This document shows, one piece after another, positions 23,401-36,598 of a DNA stretch of 64,000 nt. The DNA is from Pavona decussata. Taxonomy: Eukaryota. Location of the stretch: assembly GCA_977016875.1 (NCBI GenBank), contig CDRNST010000222.1:124001-188000 (forward strand), in the 5' to 3' direction. How positions within the stretch are numbered: the stretch's first letter is position 1; the number at the start of each line of letters is the position of its first letter. The notes beneath the pieces were generated by a model. It did not search any database. It had not been told where the DNA came from and saw only the letters and a list, made by a program, of their open reading frames with translations. Made by a program: the position numbers and the translations under genes.

Positions 23401-26400
23401 TTCGTATTTCCCCTCAGATTACGAGCTACTACACCTCTAAACAAACTGTACTGAATGGGTAAATTCTTTTTTATAAAACTCAACAGCTGAAGCAATTTCA
23501 TTAACTTAAAATAAAAGTTTGCATTTGTTCATCATATGTTCCAGTTTACAAGATGACTAATGGATTATTCAGTACGTCCAGTGCTTAATTTTTAAAGTTC
23601 TTGACCTCCTTCCCATCACCAAAATAACTACAATGGTTAAAAACCAAAATAAGCGTGAAATATGCGTTTAAGGTGGCCGAATACAGCTCGCGCGAGCTTG
23701 ACAGGTTGACCTAGCTCAACAACAAGTATCAAAGAAAAATTTATTCCTTCTTAGTTAATCTTGCACCATGCTAATTTTGGGTGCCGTAATTTGCAAATAA
23801 CGTTTGCTAAAACTTGCATACTAGAAAACTGTGTTCGGCCACCTTAAATTTTGTAGCCAAGCTCTCATTATTGTCGCGTTGCAACTTGTAAGAAGCTTGT
23901 CCCGTATAACAGAGATCGGTCGCCTTGCGGCGCCGCGCTACTCGCGGCTTTGCCGCTGGCGCGCGTGACTCGTCCCCCGAATAAAGTGCTCGCTCAGTTT
24001 TTTGCGTTCTTCCTCGTGGATTCTCGAGCAAAAGAGAGACTGTTCGCAGTCTACCTTTACGCAAGAGTATTGTATTAAAGCGAGTTGCAACACTCGTTCC
24101 CAGGGTCCTCTCGACAAATGACCGCCATCTTGGATTCATCAGTGGAAAGACTGGGGACGAGGTTGAGTGAGTTTGTTTCTTTTGTCAGAGGCCAGCCTCA
24201 CCTTTCTAATGTTCGTTCGTCCATCGCAGCAAATCTTAGCAAGTGGTAGAAGAAGTAACCGATAACCCACGGGAAGCCAATGATTTCGATAGATTGCATC
24301 CACGTCCAAGGCCATAGCGTCACTATTATCCTCAGCAGACGATCTGCAAAAGTGAAAATGAATCTTTCTTGATCTTGGATTAACAGCAAATTTGTTTCAA
24401 AAGCAGCTGGTTTATCTAGGTGCAGTGAGTTCTTTATCACCACACACACCACGCCGTGCAATGTTTTAACGTGAACTAGAACTTGGTTTCCCTTTCTATC
24501 TATTTTCTTAGATTGAACAGTTGTTTTGTTCTTTCCTGTTAGTGTATTTTGGCAAAACCAATTCTTATCTCTGGTTGGGACCATCTGGTTTTGGTTGAAT
24601 TACAGTCGTAAACATGTTTGCAGCACACTGATAAAGTAAGGCGTGATTTGAGTGATATATACTATATACTTCGCAATGTGTAAAACTGATGTAGCGTTGC
24701 AAGACAAGTTGCAAAAAAGGCACATTAGCACTACAGGTTATGCGTCACTTGTGTACATAGTAAATGACCAAGTTCGCCAGGAGTCTCCTTGCCCGTCCTT
24801 GATTGGAATATATTGATCGTTTCGACTCCTGTCTTCCCGGGAGACTTACGGTTTTACTTTGCTGGTAAGGGTGTCAATGGGTTAACTTTCGTTAATTTTT
24901 CGTTATCATATACCGAGCGTACAACCAAGAAAACCTGACAACTGTAGAAGGGAGATAATTTTCAGCGTATACAGCTTCAACGTTGCCAGGTTTTCAAGCC
25001 TCAAGGCTACGAGACGACCAATAACAGACTAACTGGACCAACCTCTAATCCGCTGACATATTTTAATACATTCCCACACGATAGGAGACTTTCTCAAGGA
25101 ATACAACTTCTTTACCTTGAAAAGATAAGCAAAATATTCTGTTAAAAATAGTTCTGTATGAATTATTATTTATCTCTAACTAGCACCGACTTTTCATCTA
25201 TAGCCACTTAAAATCTCATTCGTTCAAGAAAACACAGCTTGCGTTTTCGTAAACGAAAGAATTAAAAAAATAAATTCCTTCCTTGGAATTGGAACGATTC
25301 TTTTCAATTTGGCCAAAGGAATTTATTTTCTAATTCTATTCTTATTGTTGAGTTAATAATAGAAATTAGAATCACAGCGCAAAATGCAACAAAATGTCAT
25401 CTCTTTTCGTCTTTTTTTTTTTCTCCTATCATGACTTTTTCTCAGTGTTGGTAAAAAGCGGTCAAACGTATTGTGCGCGCGCAATCGTGACAACTTTGAA
25501 GCCAACAAATTCAAACGAAATGTTTGAAAAAGTTGTTTTTCGGTTTGCCTTGAGGCTGTTACTGGAAAGAGAAGCTTTGAACTTCTATTACTCGTAGTTA
25601 AATGGCCTGTGCTTCTGTCACGTCGGTTTGTTTTGCTGTTTTCATTGAAAAAAAAAAATCATTTCCTTTGTATGGTGGCAATAATAAGGCAGAATAAGTA
25701 ATTATGTGCAGATTCTCAAGAATATTTGATTCATAAATCGATGCAGCGTTCACTTCCAGCGCCTCGAAAGTGACCGGATGCTGCTAAGTTGCGCACATGC
25801 CCAGTCGTTTGACCGCTGTGGAGGTAAAATGTAACTTTTTGCCAGTTTAAAAACATTGAGGCAGATGTGCAGCATTTAAAATAACGTGGTGCAGCTAGGC
25901 ATACGCGTGGCGTATCTTTGCTTATCTAGACTGCAAAACTGTCGCTTTTTCTCTTGAGATTCACGAAGAGAAAGGCAATCGCCGAAGGGGCGGCGCAAAC
26001 TCGCGAAGCGCAAAGCGCGAATTTGTACGCGAGGCTCCCATGCTCACAGACGGTGTGTGAGCGACTGGCCGGGGCCTCACTTGTCATTTTTTCGCCCGCT
26101 CCAGGGTTTTCGAAGACAGCGCGCGTTCGTACGACGGGCCAACGCATGAAAAAAAAGGAATTATTTTGCTGACTACCTATAATCTCTCCACAATATAACT
26201 TGATAAACAGGTTTGACTGGCATTGATACCTGTTGAAGGACTAATGCTATCCGACCGTTGATTTGCAATAACTGTTAATCTTACATAGTCAATAAAGTGA
26301 TCCACTGGAGTACCATACTTGCCTTGTTCAACGAGAAATCATACGCGCCCACCATTATGTTTTTAAGGCTCTTCAACGACCACGTTATCCAATCGAGTAA

Positions 26401-28202
26401 TACAGTCGTTAGTTCGGTTGTATCACTGCTGAAAGAAAACGAGCTCTGGTACTCAAGCGTGGTGTCACGAGGATCCTGCAAACAAAATATGCTTCCTATT
26501 TATGGAGTAACTTTGAACAGCTAAAAACTACATATTTGTAGAGCCACTTTTAAAGTAACCACGATTCTTTGCAGAGAGTAAGACATGTAGCACGCGTTAA
26601 CATAATGGCCCCTCCACTTCGCTTAGTAAAAATTATTCAATTCTGCTAGTCCGCATATTTGATCATTCTTCGTCGCAGGTGATCAGGATGGAATTGGATT
26701 GCAACTTGAAAACATTGACCAGTTTTATCAACACGTTTCCATTTCACTGAGAAAATCACTATAAACTGAATCTAAACTTCAAAAGATTTTTTCTGGCGTC
26801 TAGAAATTAATTGAAATATTCTTCTTGGGGCTCTAAGAACAGTTTGTGTGTTTGAGCAAAGGTACCACTTTATAAAGTATTTTGTACAACTAAGACCAAA
26901 CTCCACCCCCCCAACATCTTCGTGTACCTGCATGCCTATATCGAGGTGCTGTGCAGAGTTTAAATTCAAACCTGTGAACAAAAAGGGTAAGTATTAGTTT
27001 AGCAATTTAAAAACTGAGCAATCCCAAGTTAGGTTAGCTGGTATTTTCTGAAAAACAGATTACTTCACAAGGATATTAAATCTGATATCTTCGGAGCATA
27101 AAGATCTTCCCTCCTGTGCAATATAGCGGACGAAGAGAAAGTACCCATAACCTACCAGGCTCGATATGGTGGTTTTCAAGTCCGTTTTTTATCGATTATC
27201 GGGACAATTTGTAATGCAAGCTATTAACGTTAAAGCCGTATTATGTAGTGTTCGGGTTCGGCACGTAATCCTTTTTGATTCCATCCTTTATGGATCGAAT
27301 CATTGATCCCTTTGCATTATATAGTTTTTTATCAGGGTAATCAAAGTCAATTGATTATAGTCGACAACAGGCCGGCCAGGCAATGACAGGTAAAACCCTC
27401 AGTGGTCCTCAGTGAGAGCACTAAAGATAAATCTCGTGGATTCTCGCTCAAAAATTGAGCCGGAGATTGAACTCAGAAGAAAGAAATCGTTCTGAGTAAG
27501 AACAGACGTGATCAGTTGATTGCAGGCGGTTTTTCGGGAGCAAGCAGTGAACGTTGTGCCACTAGTAACTTGCGAACAAACTCTCTTTTAGGTCAAACGC
27601 GGGAGGAAAGCGCAAGCTGACCCAAAAGAGAACTTGCTCGCAGGCTATGCCGCTAGCATTAAGGACACATGATGATGATAGATCAGCAAACTAACTCCGC
27701 AGTGTATATGTTAAAGCGTTAAAGTGAACCCATCATGAATTTCCGGCACTGACATTAGCCCTAGTAAGGAAATGGAAAACCACACACAAGGCAAAGGAAA
27801 ATGGATTTGATCATGGGATTCACTTAAGCTGGCTTTAACATACACTTTAGAGTTTTTAAAGTCAGTCGACAACCCCCTGCATAGGTGACAAAGCAAAGAA
27901 TTTTAAATTCTCTGATCCATCAACTACGTAGGGGATTGTCTGGATTTTAATTCCCATTGACTGTTAGATAAACTTGAGCTGATTCATTCTCAATAATAGC
28001 ATATAATTGAGGATATTATACGTTAATCCTGCTTAGAAATTGACTCTCCAGTTGACTCTCGCTCCCGTTTGACCGAGTCTTAAATTCTCTAATTAATGGC
28101 CGTACCTTCTTTTTCAGTTGCATCCTGACAAGCAACGGGCGAAGACAAATGCATCACCAAGGAGACGAAGATGAACCGAAGCAGAGAAGTTCTCGTTTTC
28201 AT
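19978..28202 (-). CDS. Gene A: uncharacterised signal-peptide plus membrane-segment protein (~240 aa)
   Basis: Exons 28202-28106 (MKTRTSLLRFIFVSLVMHLSSPVACQDATEKE, signal-peptide-like), 26971-26928, 26475-26285, [26229-26177 or 25052-25034 + 24941-24914], 24343-24202 (LLRIIVTLWPWTWMQSIEIIGFPWVIGYFFYHLLRF), 22000-21953, 20131-19978. All are GT-AG with matching phases, and AATAAA lies downstream (~19806-19811, - strand). The middle exons are uncertain. Confidence 0.65.
20298..20910. repeat. Tandem duplication, partial unit 3 (inside the last intron of gene A)
   Basis: Matches 1-160 plus 1429-1880; similarity stops abruptly after AATGCTTGCA at ~20910. Confidence 0.9.
21470..21730 (+). mobile_element. 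Degenerate RTE-type LINE, 3' fragment
   Basis: SNADF...EIKRRRFQWLGHV.RDRIPRSIALR resembles the conserved C-terminal region of RTE-clade ORFs (I..RR..WLGHV.R...R.P...L.W.P). Confidence 0.65.
22985..23325. repeat. Dispersed repeat with palindromic core
   Basis: TGCAATTTGGTCTGAAATCATAC...GCGCGCAGCGCG...GTATGATTTCAGACCAAAATTGCA hairpin; same architecture as the TTGGATATGAGATGAT...ATCATCTCATATCCAA element at ~60-160 and ~20360-20650. Confidence 0.7.
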
Positions 28203-31200
28203 TATGAGATCGTTATCAAATAGTTGTCAACTGTAAAAACGTTTGAAGGAGTTCATGCACGACGTCATAAAGGAAATTTGACGACAGTGGCAACAGTAGC
28301 GCGAGCTCTTTCACAAGCTCGCGCGTTCACAGTCATGACTTCGGTTAGTATTCGTAAATCTTCGGGAGACTTCGTGGGAAGCTCGGTACTGTTCGAGAGC
28401 TTACGGATTACTTTCGGTATCCTCGAAAGTCTTTGTGTTATCTCAGGAAAAACCCTTCAAAGCAAATTGATGTTATTTACTGTCGTCGAAATCACCGCGT
28501 TTATTTTGGCGGAAATTTTCGACGTCACCGGTCTACTGACTTTGAGCGCGAAACCTTTTCCCCAGATCTTTCACACACTTCACTCTCTTCCGGAAGAGAA
28601 AAAGACAGAATGCCTAGGGACAAAAACTGTCGACTTTCGAATTTAATAAAACCTTCAAGTTCCACGAGCATACATTTTGAAGATCACATTTTTCCGAAAT
28701 TATACTTATCATCACGCAAAAACTGCATAGAGTTTGCAACATGTCTGCCCCCTTTGATAAAGAAAATGAAAAGACTGTATAAGAATTATCTCACGAAGTA
28801 ACACCGACGCTTCTCTCTTGAGAATATCGAACATCTGTCGAAAATCAACGAAACCACTCGAAGAAGAACCACACGACTGTGGAGACCTGCAACACGCTAA
28901 GAAACGGTAAAATTTCGTTTTTATTGAAATAAAAAATGTTTTACTCTGTCTACGCAAACCAAAGCGCATTGAAAATATAATCATAAGAAACCGTCGTGGA
29001 AACCGACAGGGTGCAGGTACGAAAAGGAGTTTCTCCTTTTCTTTGTACCTCAAGGGCAAGTACCAGTATACCTGCGTCCGTCTGGCAAACCAAGGTTTGT
29101 TAATCGGCTTGTGACCGAGTTTTTTTTTTTTTTTTTTAGTGCTGTACTGCATTAGTTTGTAATGACCTTGAGCCGGTCTACAATCTTTAACCTTTAGCAG
29201 ACCTTCCAGGCGAATTTTACTGCCGCAACTTGCAACGCAACACGATACCTCTGCGAGTAGACAACTTTCAAAGTCGATTGCTTTCAATTTATTGCCTGAA
29301 CTGGGTCTGTTGGGTTGTTTGTTTACATTTCTCTCATTGCGCACAAAACCGACCGGAATTGCAAGAGCTGCATGCAAGTAAAAAGTACAATGATAATCAG
29401 TAAAAACTCAAGTCCTAACAAATTTTCTCTTATCTAAGTCAGGAAGACTACATATCAATATCTTTCAAATTTTGGGGGGCTTTAAATTTTTATTCTTCCA
29501 ATGACTACAGGTATCAGAATTCATTTACCGTCTTTTCTTCAACCAATAACTTTTAAGAAAAGCGAGCCACTTGCTCTTTTGTTAAACACTATTAAATAAA
29601 CAGTCGTTCACAGTCTAGCGCTCTTCTTAAGCAAGTACTTTCCTCAGAAATCTGGAATCGGATAGAGAATCATTTTTGATACGAATGGAGCCTGTTTTGG
29701 GGTGAGTTTTACGGACAACATTACCAACAAGAAGCGATTAATCCGTTCCGTGAGTTATATTTTTTCATCCCATTCAGCCACCCGAACTAAAACCCGATCC
29801 CGCAGTTTATTTTTACGGGTGAATCAGTTTTATATATCCCAGTTGCTCAAACAGGTTTTTGATATCACATCCGATCACCGATTTATTCAACAGCCCAACC
29901 AATTCATGAGACCGGCGCCGCAAGCGTATTTCGAACAGTAGGGTTTTTTCATTCACTTCCTCGCCGAGTCGATCAGGTTTTTTTAGAAACTTGTTGTATA
30001 TTGTATTGTTTTTATCCACTTCATATAATCATTGCTTCTACGATTAAAAGGTCGCATTCTAGAGGGTTTGGGATTTTTAGGCATTAAACAATCAATGGCC
30101 CTATTCTCAGGTTGTGTCAAATTTAACGCCGCCTAGCATAAATTTGGCGTCTACCATTTTTAAAATTTTGTTTTTCACTTCATGGTTTTCGATCTTCATG
30201 TGTCTGAGCCGACTGGAACCATGAAAAATAAATAAAATATTAAAGGAGCTAGCTGCCATGCATGAGCATTTGACAGGCAGCCAGTCAATCTGTTTTGTTT
30301 AGTACGTATGCTACACCTGTTGAACTTAGACTGTGACCTGTCTGCTGGCCGAGCAGACTACGAGGGGGAGGGGTGAGATAAATTTAAAATCGCCCGCGGA
30401 GCGCTATTTTCGTGCGTTTTCTTTTCGGACAGCTTCTGAATCCGTACGGCTTAGGTCGGACCAAAACGTGCGAGAACAATAAATGCCAAACCATGCAGTT
30501 TTACCGGCGGCCGCGTGGCGTCTGCTATCGCAGTCGAGGAAACAAGTTCTTTTAACATTTTAATTGCTCACTGAAAATAAAGTTCATTAATTAGACTTAA
30601 GTTCTACTGTTCTGTCCTTTTGTTTTTTGACTTTTTTGTCAATGTTTCTTGTAACGAAAATTCAAGCGAAATTGAAAGCTGCAAGCAATTCAGCTCTTGA
30701 CAAAACACATCTTTTCAGAGTCTTTTCAGTCTCGCGGAAGCCGGATGGGTGTGTGTTTCCGACAATTTATGGGTAACATATTTGAAATGAACGTAAAATA
30801 TATACAGCGATGTTTCTTGCAAGAGAAATGCGCTAAAGTGAATTATTGTTATTCAAATTTCTTGTGTTTTGGTTTCCGTGCGCAGCCGGGGGTACCCTTC
30901 CAGAGGTAAGTAAACAGAGTAAACACGAGGTCCTACAGCGGTAGAATAATAACCGATTTCACCGGATTAGCAAAAGGAGAATAATAGACTCGACCTCCCA
31001 CAAATACAAGTACTTATCCTACGAAAAATCGTTTTCTATAAGCAGCGAGCTTCCAAATCGATATTCCAAGGCGAGATAAATTTGTATGTATATTGATATA
31101 TTCTCCTATTTTTATTGCACCACCAGTCTTTTTGTGTAACACACTTGCTAGACAGTAGACGGTAGTCGTCAACAACTAGATTACTAAAAGGTCGCGTGTT

Positions 31201-31510
31201 TGTAGTGTCTAGGTATTAGTTGTTTGTTAATTCACCGGTGCTCTTGTTTCTCTTATTTAAGTAAGCTGTTTAATCCGGGTTATGTGATAATCTCAGAATT
31301 TTCTATCCGCAAGAACAATTGAAAGTACGAAAGAGACGAGTGTGCAAATGAAATGGATTTAAAATTATTTCAACGTGGCGCGAAATGATAGAACAAGACA
31401 TCACGCATGCGTCAGTTATATTTGCTCTACACTTCCAAAAATATAAATATCTGCCTGCGAAGTTTTAATATTCTCGATTCATCGCTTCTCATGTCTTATA
31501 CAGATTGGAT

Positions 31511-32092
31511 ATGTCCGAACTGCGAAGAAGAAAAGGTGGCCCGACGAAGGACAGAAATCGTAATTCGTCTCATGCGAACGGGAGTTCGAAAAGTGCCCGT
31601 TCACCGACAGGACTTCCCGAAGACGAGCGGGTGTTTTGGTTCGGCTACTGCAATTTTCTCGTGGGAGCAGTCATCGCTTTGAGCGTTGGAGCTAAATATG
31701 CGCTGTATGTGCGGGAACTTCACGAGAATGATATGTGGTTTTCAAACATTGGGGTAAGATTAAACTCACCTTCTTTTTAATATACTCAAGTTAAGTTAAG
31801 GGCTAAGAATTTATATTGGCAAACTTATCAACTGTGCTCAAGGTAAGCTTTAGTCACTTGTGTGCGTGCCGAATGTGGTTGAGTGTATAAATCTGATTAA
31901 ATCTATTTGGCTTGTTCACATTTAATACTCGAGCAAGAGCTTTTACTGATTTGTCTGAAGACTAATTTCAACCTTGGAACCGTTTCGCACAGGACGAATC
32001 ATTCGTCTATTAATACCAAATCTTTTGTACTCTTATCCTTTGAGGGTTCGAAATATTGAACTTGTCTCATCCAAGTCTTAATGTGTTTTTTT

Positions 32093-32129
<37 letters not shown>

Positions 32130-35100
32130 AGCGATTGCATGTAAAAAGTCGGCCCATATTATACTTCGTTTTTCTAATTTTAATTCCCGGTTTTAATTCC
32201 TTAAAATACTCATTTATTCCAAGAGGAAAGCGGTTCTCCCTTATTTATATAGCTCAGCTGGTACGCTATTGTTAAAAACGTAATTTAGTGATATAATATT
32301 TTTAATTATTTCAACAATATTGTACTCCTTCTCTAAACACAGCTGTGATGTAAGCTTATTAATGTCATTGATCTCAAATATTCTAGTAACTGGAGTAATA
32401 AGGACCTTGCAATTTTTCAAAAATTATTTTCCTAAAACCCCCAAAACACCATAAAGCTTGTATTTGAAAAAAAATACCAGTCAACATACGTGTCATTGTT
32501 CCTTAATAGCTACAATAGCTATAAGTTTTTCATAACAGTTTAGTTCCTCAAAAGAGGCGTTCCGTATGATAATATATTCCTCTAGCTATTGTGGAACTAA
32601 AAATTGGCAGCCAGTGTTCTTGTAACCAGAGCAACAAGACACCTAGTGGATAGTTCTTTCTCGTGGCAATATTTACTTAATTTTTTTCTTTATAAAAATT
32701 TGCATGTGAGGTGCAGTGGAACCCTGACTTATACCCAATTTTTTGTGCCCAGAAAGAATTGAAGTCCAGTCACTACCGTCCTTAGTTTTACAACCTCGTT
32801 AATCTGACCAACCCGTTATTACGACCACTTTCATGGCCTAAAGGTTGTTGTATTAACTGGATTCCACTGCACAGTTTTGGATCTGTATAATGCACATTGG
32901 GGGGAGGGGGGAGACTAGTTAATGAGAATACTTTGCGGGGCTAAACAGTTACAATCTCATTCCCAGAGCCGGCGTTATCCTTATCCAGCGCAACGGGCAA
33001 TGGTTAGAGGGTAACATGGGCTCTGGGAACGAGATTGAAACAGTTATAAACGTCCAAGTTTCGTTACAGACCAAGCTGTTCTCAGGTACAAGAGCATTTG
33101 CACATTAATCCAAAGGATTAACTTTTGACGTAACTGATCAGTGTAAATCTGGTACTGATGAGGTTGGGACTAGACCTATGTATTCAAGCTTTGTACCCAA
33201 GAGAGCCTTCCATCTTCTATAATGTAGACCATTATCAGTTGTTGCCAATGACCCCACGTGGGTGATCCCTTGGCAACAATCCCATGGCATTACTAATAGT
33301 CAACCCATGGCCTTAGCAGGGGTACCACTCAGTTTTATTTCCCCTCTAGGAAAATATCCACAAGAGTTGTCAGAATAAGATGCAAGAGAGTTATCTCATT
33401 TGAAAGAACACCCACCCAGGTTGATACATTTACCTGAGGTAAAATGAAAATATAATGTCATAATGTAAAGTAAAAGAAAGCGATAATTACCCTCTGATTT
33501 TTTTTTTCCTTTTATGTAGCAAGTGGAGAGAGAAATATCCTTCCGGACAGAGTCAGGATTATATTTCTCGTATTATAAGCAGATTGTTTTAGCACCATCT
33601 TTTTTTCAAGGTATGTAAGAAGTTTCTACACTGCACACACCCTTCAAATTACACCCTTCTCCCCCACTCTGCAATAGTGCCGTAGCTGGTTTCTTTAGTC
33701 CTTTTTGCCATCCTCTATCACCTGTTCAAAGTCATATCCCATGAGGACTGTGGCTGATGGTACTGTAGGTCAAACCTAGCAGGGTCATCTAAACAAAGGA
33801 TGGCCCAATGCCAAATTGCCAGCTCCTGACAAGTGAAATTCATAAGAAGACTTAACTGTCCATCTGTTCAATAAATCTTATTTTTGGATTGTTCGAACAA
33901 GTATACAGACTTGTTCAAACAATCCAAATTTTAAAATTGCTTTTTACAATATTGAAAAATGCAATTTTAAAGTTCTGAAATTGCAGGTTTTGGTCAGCTG
34001 GGAACAAGACAGCATTCCCTAAACAGGTTTATGTTTCTATTAAAAATATAGAAACGTTTTCAACAAAAAGACCATATCCAATTCAACTAACCTGCCCAGG
34101 CACACTTAACCCCCTGTCCACCTGTGCAAAATCTTAATGAAACTCCTGTAATAAATTAAAACATCTATAAACCGCTTATTGACAACGCCTTATTGTAGAC
34201 ATTGTATTTTCAAGCCATTCATGCCAGTCAGGAATATAAACTAAAAAAGGCCGGCAAAAACTTAGGAAGTATATTTTGTTACACATGCAGCTGTGATCGT
34301 GTAACATTTTCTTCTTGTCTCAAAAATGTCTCCATTAGGCATCCATGATGTTATGCATGACAACAGAACAGAACATCTGAGGACTATTAACATATTAGAG
34401 AGGTTTAATATTTATCAAGAAGTTATCCTAGCAGCACTTTACAGAATTTTACCTCTTCAGGTATGTGCTCTAAAAGAACAGAACTTGTCTTTTGACTACT
34501 AACCTGATCAGTGTATAATTGAAGGGGTTTGTGGAAAGTTTAAGCCTTACGTGACCTCAGGGAAATTTGTACATTGTACTGGATACAGTGTAGTCAATGT
34601 AAGAGTCCCAGGTAGTAGGGTCCATACTAAGCCAGTGACATACTATGCGATGCACACACACGGATACTGTAGCAGCAATACTTGGAGCCTGGGAACAAGG
34701 TTGTAGTGCCACCTCACCGCGATCGGCGAAAAAAACATTAATAATGAAATATAGTTATAATCAGAAACATCTAACAGGATTTCCGTCCAAAAGCGACTTA
34801 ATATTCATGTATAGTAAGGCTTTTTTCACACAGTTCTCTTCAATTATACAAAAGTGACAACTAAAATAGAAGAAAGACCCTTGCAGTTATGAACGCGCAA
34901 AGATTTAAGCCTACAAAAAGTTCAGGCTTGAACAGGATTCGAACGCATGACCTCTGCGATGCCGGTGCAGTGCTCAGTACTAACTGAGCTATCAAGCCAG
35001 CTAGGAGCTGGTCATATTGTGAGTTTGTAATAAATATACACGTGGAGGATGAATATATGACTCTGAAATTATGTGAAACATGTATTGACAGGTGATAATT

Positions 35101-36565
35101 GGGGAGATTGTCTGATTGTAGGCGAAAAAAAAAATTAGCTTCCCAAAAATTAGCTTTCATGTTACATTATAAAAAAATCACATAAAAAATGCAGATGAAG
35201 GAAAAAAGTGTTACGGATGTTGTGCAAAACTTTAACTTTCTTTCTGCGTGAACTCATTTTTTGCATTCAGCAATCATTAAACTATTTGATTGCCATTTTT
35301 TTTAGGTGGAGTATGTCTACTTTTATATTGATACCATCTTTGGTTTACATGGAATGTACATGATGGCGTTGTTTGCATCATCTTGGATACTGAGTGGTTC
35401 ATGGCTTGCTGGAATGCTGTCAGCATGTTTCTATATTTTTAATAGGTAAGAGTTTGTCAAGCAGGCTTGCCTATAATTATTCTGTTCTCTAGTGAAACTG
35501 CCATGCATTTCTGCATCTCAGTTTGTGAGTTTTTGCAATGACAGGCACACACTGCTAAACTGGACATGTATTTATGTAAGCAGGCATTTTATGGCTGATT
35601 GTTTTAGTCTTTATCACTTTGAAAGTTACTTTTATAAGGACAAAAAATGAGGAAAAATGTGTATTTAGTGCTCAGGGCTCCTGTTGATGGCAGGGTACTT
35701 TTAAGCTCCTGAAGGGACAACCCTGAGCTTATAACTAAATATAGGTGTCTATCTGTCTGTCTGAAATTTAATTTGGTTGCCCATTAAGCGTAAAAGTAAG
35801 CTACATCATGACACATTAGGGTGCTCGTCTTGTAATCTGAACTTTTTGTGTTCAAATAGTATTATGCTCCCCCCTCCGCTTTCTTGACCACTTGTAGTAG
35901 GGTATGCAGTGGGACATTACAAGGGGAGGGGGATGAGATGGCCTCCCTTGCTCTTGTTTTGGAATTTTCGTTCTAAGGAACATATGTTCAATGGATTTTA
36001 ATTAGGTTTTTAGGATTTGTATTAATCAAATCAGAACTTTTGCTTTTTAATTTATATTTATGTTTTTTTTTGTTTGAGCAAGTAGGTAGTTCAATTCCAG
36101 TTGTCAGCTCATGAAAGTAGAGCATTAGAGGAACTACTGAGTAGAAATTGGAAACTAAGACTAATTCTTTGGAAACTTACACTGCATGTGAATTCGATTT
36201 TTTTTTTTTTGGTCTCTGGTTGTTCTTGACCAGCAATTAACACTGACCTCCATTAATCCTAAGCAGTATGGCTGGTGATCAGTACCTGTGGAAGAGAGTT
36301 GTTGCTGCCCTGCAGTGGGTGGAATAATAAGAATTTTTTATTACATAATAATACCATACTTGTGAACAAATGATGATGATGATGATGGATACATGTATGT
36401 TTCTTTGTTATTCTTAGGGTTGATACCACAAGAATATCCTTCACTATTCCATTACGCGAAAGCTTTGGATTTCCATTCCTCTTTGCCCAGATTGCATTTA
36501 AAACCTACTTTCTCAAGAAGGATGTCTCTTCTCTTGCCCAAGTACTTACCATTTTTTCTTTTCTG

Positions 36566-36598
<33 letters not shown>

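Noticed and set aside
28712-29377. 221-aa - strand ORF, plus + strand ORFs at 28224-28801
   Set aside because: The ORF runs through a long homopolymer (poly-K), has no recognisable motif and no convincing splice partners; likely chance ORFs in the divergent promoter region.
29500-30019. Protein-like - strand ORF fragments (possible TE or viral relic)
   Set aside because: Several stops and no motif I can assign; it would need BLASTX.
34900-35010. tRNA gene (also ~41680-41720, 44350-44400, 50615-50690)
   Set aside because: A/B boxes are present, but the stems are broken and the flanks belong to dispersed repeat families; treated as SINE-like.
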